Below are positions 42,914 to 57,329 of a DNA stretch of 64,000 bases, one piece after another. Numbering within the stretch: position 1 is the stretch's first letter; every line of letters starts with the position of its first letter. The translations under genes and the position numbers were made by a program. The notes under the pieces are model-generated. The model saw only the letters and a program-made list of their open reading frames with translations. It was not told the origin of the DNA and ran no database searches. The stretch is from Adineta vaga (lineage: Eukaryota; Animalia; Rotifera): assembly GCA_021613535.1 (NCBI GenBank), contig CP075492.1, positions 10,478,001-10,542,000 of the forward strand, written 5' to 3'.

Positions 42914-44612
42914 TGAGTATCGACATTAGCAAATGTTTGTATCTAGAGAGAAAAATATGCGTCTCAGTTCTCTACTTAATTAAAATTTTATGTAACTGCG
43001 AGCAAATTTAATGATATTTGGAGGATACGTTGGAGGCTATAGTAAACATTTTATAGTAAAAATCTTGCCTCGATTTCCCAAAACTTTCTAGAAATGTATC
43101 ATCAAAACGTGACAAGGCGATTTCCCAAGTTTCGCAGCTATGAGTAATTTTAGAAGTCTGACTTTTAAGTTTTTTTAAACCTTTTAAAGTTCTTTTGTAG
43201 AGTGGGTTGTGGAAAGTAAGGAAAACAAGCTTCTATTAAGTTGCAGATCTTGAAATGCTCTTTCAAACAAGCAATCAGTCAGACATCTATAATCAACGTC
43301 ATGCTGTGAAATGCGGAAGCTAACATTACTGACGTGCTTAAGGTGCATCTTGAGAAATTGTACTGAAAATTTTATTAGAATATCTTGCAAAGATCATTGA
43401 AGTTGCTCGCTGCTACCTAACATTTTAATTAAAATGAAATAGGAGAGTATTAAGTACAAAACATTCATTGCTAAAATAGATATTTTCATAAATTTGCTTT
43501 GAAAACTTACTAAATCATGATTATTGTTGATTTTTAAGACAATTCGATAAACATATTTTACTAAAAGAATATTAGCCATCTATAAAACATAAGAAGATTC
43601 TATGAATGAGTGAGAAAGTGATCAAGAGAATTTATCATATGCAATTTAAAAATAGGAAACTTATGTGTAATTAGAAAAAGTATTAGAAAGTTCTTCTTCT
43701 TCTTTTTTTCTCTTTCATGAAGCTAAGATGACTTATTAGATACATGAATATTTAATCGCGAGGCGATCATATGAGAACGCTTTTTTGTAAGAAAAAAAAA
43801 AGCTGAAATTTTTTCAACTTCGATAAAATCTTCAGACAAACATGTCAATAAGGAATTATTAGTTATTGATTATTCATAATCAATGTTTTTCTACAGAAAA
43901 ATAGCTAATTATGAAAAGTACATTCTTTCAACAGTTTGACATTTGCCGTCTGAAAATACTCGTTTCTTTTCCTATTATGATTTCAGTGTTAACTAAAATC
44001 TAAGTAACTCAATATAGTAGCGAGAGAAGAATTACATATAGATGAAATGTGTAGGAGTTAGAAAAAGAAAGAACAAATATTCAACATGATCATGAATAGA
44101 TCTGCCTGAAAAAATGTTTATTATTCAGGATTTGTCAAAGAAAAGATCTTTTTTTTAGTATAATGGAATATTTGGCTGATGAGTTTTCACAGAGAAAGAA
44201 ATATTATTTTTTGTACTGAAGGAGCAAATTGTTTTTATGACTTCAGAGCTTTTTTCAACTAAATGATAATACAAAGCAAATAGAGTGGTAGATTAAAACG
44301 TCAAAAAGTCTTCCATCCATTCTCATCCGTAGTTTACACAAAATTTCCTGTCAAGTATTTCTTCTTTGAAAAATATTTGTCGCAATAAAAAAAATAACTC
44401 AACAAACAAAATTGATCACAAGTCATATTTTTGTTAAAAAATATTTCATTCACCGATATTTTCTTCAACAGCGGCATCTATGATACTAATCTATTTGTTT
44501 CTTTCGTAATGTTAGAAAATAACGCAAAGATGCAAAGAACTGATTATCATCTGATCGTTGTATTTTGTTTTCTATCGAACCGAAAGTTTTCCTTATAGAT
44601 TCTCATTTATAT

Positions 44613-45122
44613 ATGGCTTCATTAACTCGTTTAACATTATCAGCACCATCAACTCTATGCCGTCTTGGTCATTTATTAGCAAAGCGACAAATTATTTTAC
44701 CAGAACAATTACCTATATTAACATCAGCTATTCTCCCATCGCATCGTACAATTTCTACATCAACAGTTCGTCTTGATATCGATTCAGCTGCAAAATATAT
44801 TGGAGCTGGTGCAGCAACCGTAGGTGTTGCTGGTGCTGGTGCAGGTTAGTTAGTTTTCGAAAAAAATTCATTTGAATATCACTTCATTTTCGTATTGCAG
44901 GTATTGGAACAGTATTCGGTTCATTAGTTGTTGCGTATGCACGTAATCCAAGTTTAAAACAACAACTTTTCTCATATGCTATTCTCGGTTTTGCACTTTC
45001 CGAAGCTATGGGATTATTTTGTCTTATGATGGCTTTTATGTAAGTGTTTTTAATAAGAGGAATTTATCAATCTATTTGCATGATTATCTTCTTATTTTTT
45101 TAGGCTATTATTTGCTTTTTAA
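44613..45122 (+). CDS. ATP5MC: Mitochondrial ATP synthase subunit c (exons 44613-44844, 44901-45039, 45104-45122)
   Basis: Presequence then [60 protein letters not shown]. Confidence 0.97.
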
Positions 45123-45569
45123 AAACATTATAATCCGTCTTATACGTGTTTTTATACGTATCGAACATGTATTATTAGCATAATTATTCTCATTGATGTA
45201 TGATTTGACTTTAATTTTCTAGTTTTATTATTATTATTATTATTTTTGTTCAAACCTCTCCAAACGATTTCCTTCTCATATCATTTCTTTGTTACTTCAA
45301 TAACAACAGTACTTTTATAGACAGTATTTTGTTTGTTTTTTTAATTTTCGAATGAAACCTCGATATAGATATACATAAATTCTATGAATGAATCATAACA
45401 CATTAATTCATATGGTATAAAAGTCGAAACTATGACATGAGTTAATATATCTGAATTGGAATGAAATATTTATGTAAAGTCAAATCGTCAGTGTCCTCTT
45501 TTTTGAATAAATATGATTGGACACATTTAAATTAGTACCGTTAATTCTTATTTTGTGTTCATTATAACT

Positions 45570-46765
45570 ATGGATTTACAAATACTCAATATTGATTTGT
45601 TTAAAAAGTTATCATTAGCTATAACAATCATTCGTAATACACCACCTGGTATTAAACCTGATGTATTTACACGTAATTTAGCTAAACGATTATTTCCTCA
45701 ATTAAATCGTTCTGGTCAATTGATAACTCTTCTTGATGAACATCTTATTCGTCGTCAACAAGATTTTCTATCACGTTCTATATCTTCGCATTCTAAATTG
45801 TCTTCGAGTCTTTCTCTCATGGATTTTACCAATGCTTTCTCCGATCATGATCAACAATCCAATAAGAAAATAACCCATGAATATGAATACGGTGAATTTG
45901 CTGGAAAAATTTTGAAATTAAAGGATAAAAAATATCAAATTAAAATCACTGATATTGAATTTCTACTGAATACTTTAACAAAATGGATTTTAACAATTGA
46001 TATAGATCATCGAACATTACCAATCGACGCATGTCTCTTTACAATACAAATCATTGCCAATCATTTGAAAACTGATAATGATAAACCATATCATCTTGTT
46101 CTTGATCTATTACCAATGATTGATAAATTTATTGATGGTATACTTGATTTACTTGAACATTCAATGGAGAATAATGTAGGTTATCTTCATCAAATGATTA
46201 TTTCATTAGGTTAGTAAAGAATAATTTGATAAAATTAATATTGAAAATAGTAATATAGAAATCTTATTGTTTAGCATCATCAAATTCTTGTGTTTCTCGT
46301 ATTTTGGATAAGATTTGTACACGTCTCTATCAAAATTGTGAAAATTCTGAAATCAATGATGATTATGATCAACAATTTCCAAAAACGATTTCATCCATCG
46401 ATGCAATCGATCGATTATTTAATATCCTTCATGAAATCATTCATAATCGTAGTATTTTTCAACGTCGTCTATCTCAACGTTCTATTGATAAATTGTATAC
46501 ATTCATGAATCAAACTTCAACTTTTTTGGATGGAAAAGTAAACTATACTCATCTATTTAAATTACAAGGACAATTACAAGCAGCTAATTATAAAAGAACA
46601 GGAATGACAAGTAAAATCTTTCGAACATATACAAGTTCAAGTAGTAGTGATCATTCACAATACCAGCAACAAAAACATTATACAACAAAAGCACCATCAA
46701 TGTCATTGAAGAATAATAGTTTAGACTATTCTCTTAGTCAACAATCGCAATCGCAATACTTTTGA
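45570..46765 (+). CDS. MEI4: MEI4-like meiotic double-strand-break factor (exons 45570-46209, 46275-46765; 376 aa)
   Basis: N-terminal KLSLAITIIRNTPPGIKPDVFTRNLA resembles the MEI4 signature as recalled from vertebrates (KLALALAIIRSKP...YTEHLA); length and helical character fit. Confidence 0.65.
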
Positions 46766-47342
46766 AATTGAACATTTGTTTACTGTTTTGTTAATAGAAA
46801 TATATGATATGCAAACAAAAGTAGAGCAGCTCGTTTGACGTCAATCATATGAATTTAATATACATTGTTTCGTATCGAAGAAGGTTTTCGTCACACTAAA
46901 TTTCAAGCAAAATTTTACTTTTATACTCCCCCGCCTCTACTCTCAAGCATTTATGTTTGTTTGATAGTTTTGCTTAACAGCAAATATTCTGTTGAAAATA
47001 CCGATGAGAAAAGAAGGTAACGAAACATGAGAGAAAAATAACGACAACAACGTCATAGAATAACAGAAGAATTTCTTTTCTTTAAGCTAACTGTAGTCTA
47101 CCATTACGTTAGTCATATTACGTACTAGATGTTAAAAAAATAAAGAGAAAAAAAGGAGGAAAAAGAAAAATAAGAGAAAGAAAAAAACAAGTTTATGCAA
47201 GAGAAAAAAGAATTTGAAGGAAATTTTGTTTTTGTTATTATTTTAAAAATAGAGAAGAATATAAAAAGCACATCTAACCGTTTGATTCTTTCAGTAGTGA
47301 TATTATTATTATTATTATTGTTGTTGTTATTAAAGATCGAAA

Positions 47343-48153
47343 ATGAGTAAGTTGACTTTCGTTTTCGTATTAAGATTTTTCACTAATAGAATATCGTAAG
47401 ATGTGAAGTATTAGATACTTGGATTATTTTAATTAAAGCCAATTAAAATAATAAGATTAAATATATAGTTTCGCATCTTATATGATTCTACAATTAGAGA
47501 AAAAAACATTATTAAAAGAGGTCTTGAAAATAAATATGATTGGAATCTATTTTCTATGTAGACTTCATAACTAAACAAATTGAAAAAAAAGTTGGAATGG
47601 ATTTGAATGGAGACGGAGTCGTCGGATCAGGTAGGTGATTGCATCTCTGGATAAAATAAATGTCATTTTACATTTTTGACAAAATAAAGGTCACGGTTAT
47701 AAGCACGGACATGGAGGAGGAGTAGGAGGAGGAGCAGCCGGCGGTGTAATGAACCAAATAGAGAAAGCCACTGGCATGGATCTCAACGGTGATGGACGTG
47801 TGGGTGGAGGAGCTGGTATGGCTCATGGATATAATCCAAATCAATATGGTGCACAAGGATATGGAGCAGCTCCGAATCAGTATGGTGCACATGGATATGG
47901 ACCAGGTCCAAACCAGTTTGGTGGACAAGGTTATGCACCAGCTCCGAACCAATATGGTGCACAAGGTTACGGACCAGGACCGAACCAGTATGGTGGACAA
48001 GGTTATGCACCACCTCCGAACCAGTTTGGTGGACAAGGTTATGCACCACCTCCGAACCAGTTTGGTGGACAAGGTTATGCACCACCTCCGAACCAGTTTG
48101 GTGGACAAGGTTATGGACCAGGCCCAAATCAATATGGTGGATCTTACCATTAA
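47343..48153 (+). CDS. Gly/Gln/Tyr-rich repeat protein with two QIEK..GMDLNGDG.VG motifs (3 exons)
   Basis: ATG A|GT at 47343; spliced product MNFITKQIEKKVGMDLNGDGVVGS...MNQIEKATGMDLNGDGRVG followed by 12-aa repeats. Confidence 0.8.
47839..48140 (+). repeat. Coding tandem repeat, 36-nt unit (NQ[Y/F]G[A/G]QGY[A/G]PxP), 8 copies plus a partial
   Basis: Direct repeats such as aaccagtttggtggacaaggttatgcaccacctccg. Confidence 0.95.
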
Positions 48154-48617
48154 ACCAACATGAAATTTTTATAGTGAAACTGTGTGTATCTTGTAAAATT
48201 TCATTCCAACTCTATAAAATAATCGTGCAAATCTCACATTAATTCATAGAAACTTTGCCAATACTTTGATAAAAAGAGATGCATTCGTTTCCTGTTGCTT
48301 CTCATACTTGTTCATGATTATCATCGGTCTGTTCAAAAATAAGAAAGCAAACATCGATTGTTTTTCATCGCATATTTGAGTGTCATTGAATAAATGTCTA
48401 CATTCAGGGGAATATGAAATAGAAGATTTATCTATTAGTTTATATTTCTTTGTTTCTAAATCGTAAATAAGATTATGATGACCAATTTGACTATATTTAT
48501 AAATAGAAAAGTTTGAAAATAACTTTACTATTCTTTATCATTCATCTACCTTGTATCCCAATAATTATAAGATACTTCATATTAATTTTTCTTATCTTTT
48601 TATTGCACTAGTCTTTA

Positions 48618-49067
48618 TCAACTATTCAGTTGTTTCTCTAGAATCAAACGATGACTATCAACTGAATGTCTTTTATCAATATCCATCAATTTAAAATCAT
48701 GTGAAATCAAAAATAGAAGCATGGATTTAAAGCAATTACGTGTTTTAATTGTTAACACATTATAGTTTCGTTTCTTTGCCCATTGTTCTGTTTGATTCAT
48801 TAATTGTACGAATATTCCATGACGACGGTACATTGGAAGAACACCAGCTAACCAGATATAAAATAATGTATTACATTCATAACCCATGAGATAACCAACT
48901 GGTTGATTATCGACATAGGCAACTAGTATCAATGGATGTTTAGCATTGTTTATTCGTTCTAATAATTGTTCATAGGTTGAAGATTGCGTTTGAAACTCTG
49001 GTATTTGTTGATGAAGAGAAAATGCCTGATCAAATAAAGTTAAACTTTCTTGTATTTCAATTGACAT
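48618..49067 (-). CDS. GNAT family N-acetyltransferase, intronless
   Basis: FYIWLAGVLPMYRRHGI (acetyl-CoA motif A), KTRN.F..ML..L...F. Confidence 0.85.
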   Translation of the reverse strand: MSIEIQESLTLFDQAFSLHQQIPEFQTQSSTYEQLLERINNAKHPLILVAYVDNQPVGYLMGYECNTLFYIWLAGVLPMYRRHGIFVQLMNQTEQWAKKRNYNVLTIKTRNCFKSMLLFLISHDFKLMDIDKRHSVDSHRLILEKQLNS

Positions 49068-49095
49068 GATCTAAAATTGTTCGAAAATCTTTAAT

Positions 49096-49464
49096 TTATT
49101 TATTTCCTAAATAAAGAATCGCATCGATAGTATTCGAATGAAGTTTCAAAGCTCGAACAGCTGTATTTCGATCAACTTTCATTTGATTCATAATACATTC
49201 AATGTCTTTCGCATCCACGCCTGCTTCATCTTCATTTTGTTCTCCAATACTTAAAAAATTCATATTAGATATAAGAGAGATTTCATGCCAATTTTCTTTC
49301 GTATATCGTTTGCCTTTATAGATCAATTTCAAACGATCAGATGGTATATGAATATAATTAGCAATCAGATTAAATTGTTCAGATTTGGAAAGATCCGCTT
49401 GATTATCGAGATGCATATGATATGTGGTAGTACCATGTTTAATAGAAATCGGAATTGTAGTCAT
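49096..49464 (-). CDS. Ubiquitin-like domain plus NAC/HYPK-type UBA protein, intronless
   Basis: ISIKHG...IPSDRLKLIYKGK (UBL); KDIECIMNQMKVDRNTAVRALK...IDAILYL (NAC-alpha/HYPK-like UBA). Confidence 0.7.
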   Translation of the reverse strand: MTTIPISIKHGTTTYHMHLDNQADLSKSEQFNLIANYIHIPSDRLKLIYKGKRYTKENWHEISLISNMNFLSIGEQNEDEAGVDAKDIECIMNQMKVDRNTAVRALKLHSNTIDAILYLGNK

Positions 49465-49927
49465 GATCTAAATAGGTTGAGATTCGATAATTTTGTTTTT
49501 GATATGTGATAAAAATCAAATTAAAGTAGAAATTAGTAAATTATTATGTTTCATTATCATTTTGCTATTGCTACTATAGACAACCATTTGAGGTATATCA
49601 CCATTGCAACAAAACTGAATTCAACCTCTGCAGTAAAAAGAGGGCGGTCATCACCAATAAGACATCTGGTAAATTGATAGGTTGCATTCGAAGATATGAT
49701 TTCACCAATTCTACAGCATTCTAAAGGTAGATGGATGGAGGTGAGTGTCATCAGTATGATATCAAAAAGCCTAAAGAATGTCGCTACATGCTGGTCATAA
49801 GAATAACGAAAGGTTTGATTTGTTATATTGGTTAAAGATTACACGATTTTTTATTGGTGTTTCTGTTAATATAATTTCATAGGTAATAGATTAGAAAATT
49901 TATTTTATAAAAAAAAACAAGATAGAA

Positions 49928-50950
49928 ATGTCGATTCCTACAAAGATGAAAGCTGTTTTGTTGAAAAGTTTTGGTGAACGTGATAATATGTATATTGGTG
50001 AAACTGACGTTCCTAAAATGAAAGATGATGAAGTTCTCGTCAAAGTTCATGCATTTGGTGTCAATCGAGCTGATACAATGCAACGTAAAGGTGAATATCC
50101 ACCACCACCGGGTGTTTCAGATATTATTGGATTGGAAGCTTCAGGAGAGATTGTCGATGTTGGTAATGAGGCTAAACAAAAATGGAAAAATGGGGAACAT
50201 GTAATGGTTTTAGTTGCTGGTGGTGGTTATGCTGAATATGTTGCTGTAAACATGGGTGCAGTTATGAAAATCCCAGAAGGAATTTCAATGGTTGAAGCCG
50301 CCGGTATTCCTGAAACATATTTAACTGCATTTCAAGGTTTACGATTGATTGGTAATATAAAGAAACATGATCTTGTACTTATTCATGCTGGTGCAAGTGG
50401 AGTTGGTACAGCAGCAATTCAATTAGCGAAATTATTTGGTGCAAAAATCGCCACTACAGTTGGTACAAATGAAAAGATTGCTTATTGTAAAAAACTTGGA
50501 GCTGATAAAGCAGTTAATTATAAACATGGACCATGGGTAGGAACAATGAAAGAATTTACGCAAGAATTTAATAAAGATGGTTTTGATTTGATCTATGAAA
50601 GTATTGGTACAGATTATGTTGAAGCAAATCAAGAAGTCATCGGTACAGATGCACGTTGGGTTATTTATAGTACTCAAAGTGGAACAAAAGCAGATAAATT
50701 ATCACTTAGTCAATTGATGAAAAAACGTACGACACTCTGTGGAACGGTTTTACGAGCACGACCTATTGATTATAAAACAAATTTAGTCAAACAATTTGAA
50801 GATGAAGTTATATCGAGTTTTGTCAATGGAAAATTAAAAGTTGTTATTGATAAAACATGGCCTATGGAAAAAATTATCGATGCACACAAGTATATGGAAG
50901 ATAATTTAACCATGGGCAAAATAGTTATGACTATTATTAATGATAAATAA
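49928..50950 (+). CDS. NAD(P)H quinone oxidoreductase, PIG3/TP53I3 family (MDR), intronless
   Basis: GVNRADTMQRKGEYPPPPGVSDIIGLE, GGGYAEY, LIHAGASGVGTAAIQ, GTVLRAR, AHKYME.N...GKIV. Confidence 0.92.
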   Translation: MSIPTKMKAVLLKSFGERDNMYIGETDVPKMKDDEVLVKVHAFGVNRADTMQRKGEYPPPPGVSDIIGLEASGEIVDVGNEAKQKWKNGEHVMVLVAGGGYAEYVAVNMGAVMKIPEGISMVEAAGIPETYLTAFQGLRLIGNIKKHDLVLIHAGASGVGTAAIQLAKLFGAKIATTVGTNEKIAYCKKLGADKAVNYKHGPWVGTMKEFTQEFNKDGFDLIYESIGTDYVEANQEVIGTDARWVIYSTQSGTKADKLSLSQLMKKRTTLCGTVLRARPIDYKTNLVKQFEDEVISSFVNGKLKVVIDKTWPMEKIIDAHKYMEDNLTMGKIVMTIINDK

Positions 50951-51892
50951 GAGACTTTCTTTTTAAATTTGTAGTCAAACTAATTTATACTTTTTACAGA
51001 AGCAAAAATAAATAGATAGTTCGAAAATGATGAATTAATATGAATTTTTCAATGAAATAGATTAGTAATGTTCATTGATCTCTAATTACACTGGTCAATA
51101 TGTAACGTATGTGTTTGATTTATTCCTGATGATAAGACGCTAAGTTTTCTTTAATGTTATTTAAATGTCAATTGTTGTCTGGCAATCGTCTGATGCTTTT
51201 AACTTAATTCATGCTTCAAGGTCAATTGAACACCAAGTGTAATGCGTAATTGATCGTCTGATGACATAGAATATATTTTAAAGAATGATGAGATTCTAAC
51301 TAGAACAAAAATACTCTCAAGATGGTTCGAAATAAAAAGATTTTGCATTATTCAGAAAAGCAAACAAATCACTTCTTATATACGGAAGATTACATAAGTA
51401 TGTTGTATTTCCTTCTTTTCAAAAGAAAAAGCAACTAGTCTGGTTATATTCAAGTGTTTCCCATACTTCAACTTATGTCATTCATTTTCTAAAAATACAT
51501 TGGAGAACAGAATGAAAAAGAAGATGACTTATATGTGGAAATGTTCGGCATCTAGCGATCTCTATGAATGATTATATCCGATGGATTGTTTCTACTCACT
51601 TCGACCATTCTATTCTAAGAAGAAAATTCTTTGAGTTGCTTGAGAAAAGAACGACCGACAAGAAACAAGAGAGAAAAAATTTACTCTCCAACGCTTCTGA
51701 TTTTTCTCCTTCTTCCTCTTCTTCTTCTTCTTCTTCTCTTGTTACTTTTCTTTGTTCGCGTTAGTAACGGAATAGTCTATATAGATTCATTCGTTTGCGT
51801 GACATTTGACATCTTCTGTCGATTTTAGTTTGATATGTAGTATATAAAGTGTTGATTTAGCGAAGATTTCATTTCAAATGAATTGAAAGACA

Positions 51893-54023
51893 AGTAAAAG
51901 ATTTCTTTTCGTTTTACATAATATAAAACAATTGAATGAAATTTCGTTTTAGTGGGAACTTATATTGTGGAATATGATTATACTTCGAAATCATCGGATG
52001 AATTAACTATACGAAAAGGAGATATTATTACCGATGCAATGCCAGTTGAAGATGGCTGGTTAAAAGGAGAATGTCGAGGAATGTCTGGGTAAATTAAAAC
52101 TCTTTTTCTTTTTTGAAATAAAATTACAATTATATTTTCTAGACTATTTCCGGATAATTTTGTTACAGTATGTAATGTTTTTTTTGAAGTTGATTCGATT
52201 TTTTTTCTGTTCGATTTAGTTATTAAAAAAAGAAAAGGCAAAAACTCGAACATTTTCAACATCGCAAACAAATAATAAAAATGATACATTAAGAAAACGA
52301 GCATTAACAATGAACGATGCTCGTATGTGAAATATTCTACTTTCAATATCTCTATTTTTTATTCAAAATCATTTTAGCTTCTCAAAATGGATTTCTATTT
52401 CAAGTAAGAGCAGTTTATACTTACCTCCCACTTCATGATGATGAATTATCCATCAAACCAAATGATATCATTAACGTTACTCGAACGGTTAGTTTTGTTT
52501 ATTTATTCAATTACCAAGAAAATAGTTTTTTTTTTGTGTAGGCTGAAGAAGGTTGGTATGAAGGTCGTCTTAATGGTAAAATTGGTTTATTTCCATCCAA
52601 TTATGTAACACGTATTCATGATGATTCAAAAACGAAAACAAATCAATTGATTAAACCTAAACATGTCAATGGTCTCAATGAATTAGTTAAAAATGAAGTA
52701 ACAAAGAAGAATTCTTCGGTCAAAGCGCGAGTTTTATATGATTATAAAGCAACAGCTAATGATGAATTAACATTAACAACAAATGATATTGTTACAATAG
52801 TTGATAAGAATTTAGAAGACGAAGGATGGTGGAAGGTAAATTCTTTAAACTATGAAATGTTCTTTTCATTTATGTCTTTCTCTTTAAAAATAGGGTGAAC
52901 TTAATGGTCGCATTGGAGTGTTTCCAGGTTAGATTTCAATGTTCTATTTTTATCTTAATTAATTCTAATTATTTCCAATAGATAATTATGTTGAGGAAAT
53001 TTCATCATCATCGGTTTGTTATTTTCTATTTTGAAGAACACGCACATCGACAATCTTTTTATAGAATCTTAAACATCGACCTAATACACCTGAAAATCGA
53101 ACTAAACATCCGTCTCGGATATTATCAAAGGCAGCATCAACCAATGGTAAGAACGTCTTTTTTTTATAGATAAAAAAAGAAAATGCGTTCTTTCTTTCTT
53201 TTCATTTTCTTAGGTTCATCTCAAAGTCATTCTAATGATTCTGATCATCCCATTAAATCAGCAACAATTAATGATGATGAAGGTATTAAATATAAACGAA
53301 ATTGGAAAAATATTTTTAGGAATTATTTTCTTTAGATAATTCATCACGAAATCGTCAAACAGAAGAAGATGAACTTGATTCAAAAGAGAAATCCAATGAA
53401 ATGAATAAACAAAAACCAATATCAATCAAACGACCACCATCAGCTACAATTCGAAAAACTGTTCGTTTTTATTTCGAAAAAAAGAAGAAATTAATTTGAG
53501 ATTTCAATTTCTTTTTAGGAACACGATTACAATGAAACAAATCATTTACAATCTACTGATACGAAGGTTTATTTTTCATATATATCGAACTCTTATCTTT
53601 TCTAAAAACATCTATTTAGAATGAACATAAAATGCACACTCCATCTCCTCCACCCTATCAACGAGGTAACTCATTTTCAAAAACGATAATCGAAACCCAT
53701 CTGGTATGCTTTTACGTATAGAACCAGGTCAATTGGAATCTCCTCGTTATACTCATCGTTCACATTCATTAACCAATACGGTTAATTCACTTCTAAATGG
53801 TACTTCCGATTCTCTCAATCTATCCTATCCTTCAACGACAACAACATTGGAACAAATACAAAAAGATTTCTTCATATTAAAATCTTCTATGAATGAAATG
53901 AAAAGTCATTTTACTAAACAAATTCGAGATTTGATTACGGAATTAGATGAAGAAAAGAAAGTTCGTGCAACCATACAAATTGAAATTGAACGTTTACAGA
54001 AACTTGTACAAAATCGTCATTAA
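51893..54023 (+). CDS. CD2AP/CIN85 (SH3KBP1, cindr)-like adaptor: three SH3 domains plus C-terminal coiled coil
   Basis: MGTYIVEYDY..DELTI...EDGWLKGE; two more SH3 domains; LITELDEEKKVRATIQIEIERL. Confidence 0.88.
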
Positions 54024-54965
54024 TTCATTCTTTCAAATGAAATTCTCTATGTGAATGGTGTTGTCTTCTTCATCTTTAAAAGATTTCCTTTCGTTCTTCT
54101 ATCTTCACATTCCTTGTCTTCTTCTTTTTGTGAAACAAGATGTTCGAATACACATCTTCGTTTGCTTTTGTCACATACGTTTTTCAATGTATATGTATAT
54201 TTTTTTTTTCTTCTAAATATGTAGATTAAGTATAACGAAATCTTTTGACTTTTATTAGTTTTTAGAAAAATAAATGAAAACAGTGAGAACAAATAAGTGT
54301 AGGATGAATATTCGGAAAACGAATTAACATGACAATGTATCAATATATTCAATAATTAGGTGAATCGAAGAGGTTTTTAATAGAAGTTCCTTTCATGGCA
54401 ATGAATTTCTAATAGAAATCGACAGTTTCTATTTTATCGCTTTCGAATTATAATGAGTATGAATGATATTCTTTTTGACATTGATATCTAATTGTAAAAA
54501 TTAGCTTTTCTTGTCGAAATCATCATCTATGACGTAAAATATTTCAGTCTTGCTCATTTTTGTTTTTTATTCAAATGATCAGGAAGCGAAAAGAAAAGTG
54601 AGTGAGTGATAACAACACATGCAAAAAGAAAAAACAAAGAGCACACGAAGAAAAGAGAAAATTCCAACGTCTTCTGTTTTCTATGAATTATAATAATCGT
54701 ATATGAAAACACTGAATGGAAGGGATAATATGATATTATAGAATATAACAATAGTATGAAAAGAAAAACTGAATCGTCACTTTGTTTGTCTCTATTATTA
54801 AACCACGGTATGAAAAAATGATGAAGAAAAAAGAAAAGAAAAGAAAATCATATATCATTGAATGATCAGAATGAAAAACGATACGAATAAACAAGCTCGA
54901 AAGAAAAACAAAGAAACAAGATTTTTTTTGAAATTTATATACATGATTAAATGTATCGAGCTGAA

Positions 54966-56561
<1,596 letters not shown>

Positions 56562-56945
56562 TTTTACTCGTTTATTTATCTAGAAGACGAAGAAAAAAAA
56601 CAAAAGACGTGCCTATCGAGAAATGTGTGTACAAATACACATCTATATGATATTTGTTTCCTCTTGTTCTTTTACTCGTGCTTTCTATTGGCGACTATGG
56701 TTACGTCTGAAATATATAAAAAGTAATCGATTGGTAAAGAGAAAGAATAAACTACGGCGAAGAAGATGTCGTGACAAAGGTGAATAAATAGAAATTAATT
56801 AATAAAATTTAAAGGAAATAATCAAATAAAATCGAGTGGTTTTGCAACAAAAAAAAAGTAGATTTCATTTTTCAGGATATTTCGATGAATCATCAAAGTC
56901 GCATGCTATTATTTTTTGTTCTCAACTCAATCAATCAACATCAAC
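56562..56945. promoter_or_regulatory. Probable bidirectional promoter between PP1 and TMA7
   Basis: Head-to-head start codons about 385 nt apart; ATTGG (CCAAT-box) near 56687 and 56730. Confidence 0.35.

Positions 56946-57329
<384 letters not shown>

Noticed and set aside
43000-43600. Short minus-strand ORFs in a slightly GC-richer patch (possible TE or gene remnant)
   Set aside because: No recognisable domain, TIR or splice structure
47839-48140. CRISPR-like 36-nt periodicity
   Set aside because: No unique spacers; the repeat is in-frame coding sequence in a eukaryotic context
47668-48163. Overlapping ORFs in other frames with WCITLSTKLVRR, HNLVHQTGSE and MVDKVMHH repeats
   Set aside because: Shadow frames of the 36-nt coding repeat; only the Gly-rich frame links to upstream exons
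49557-49800. Cys-rich coding-like fragment with stops between UBL-UBA and the reductase
   Set aside because: Too short and interrupted to assign
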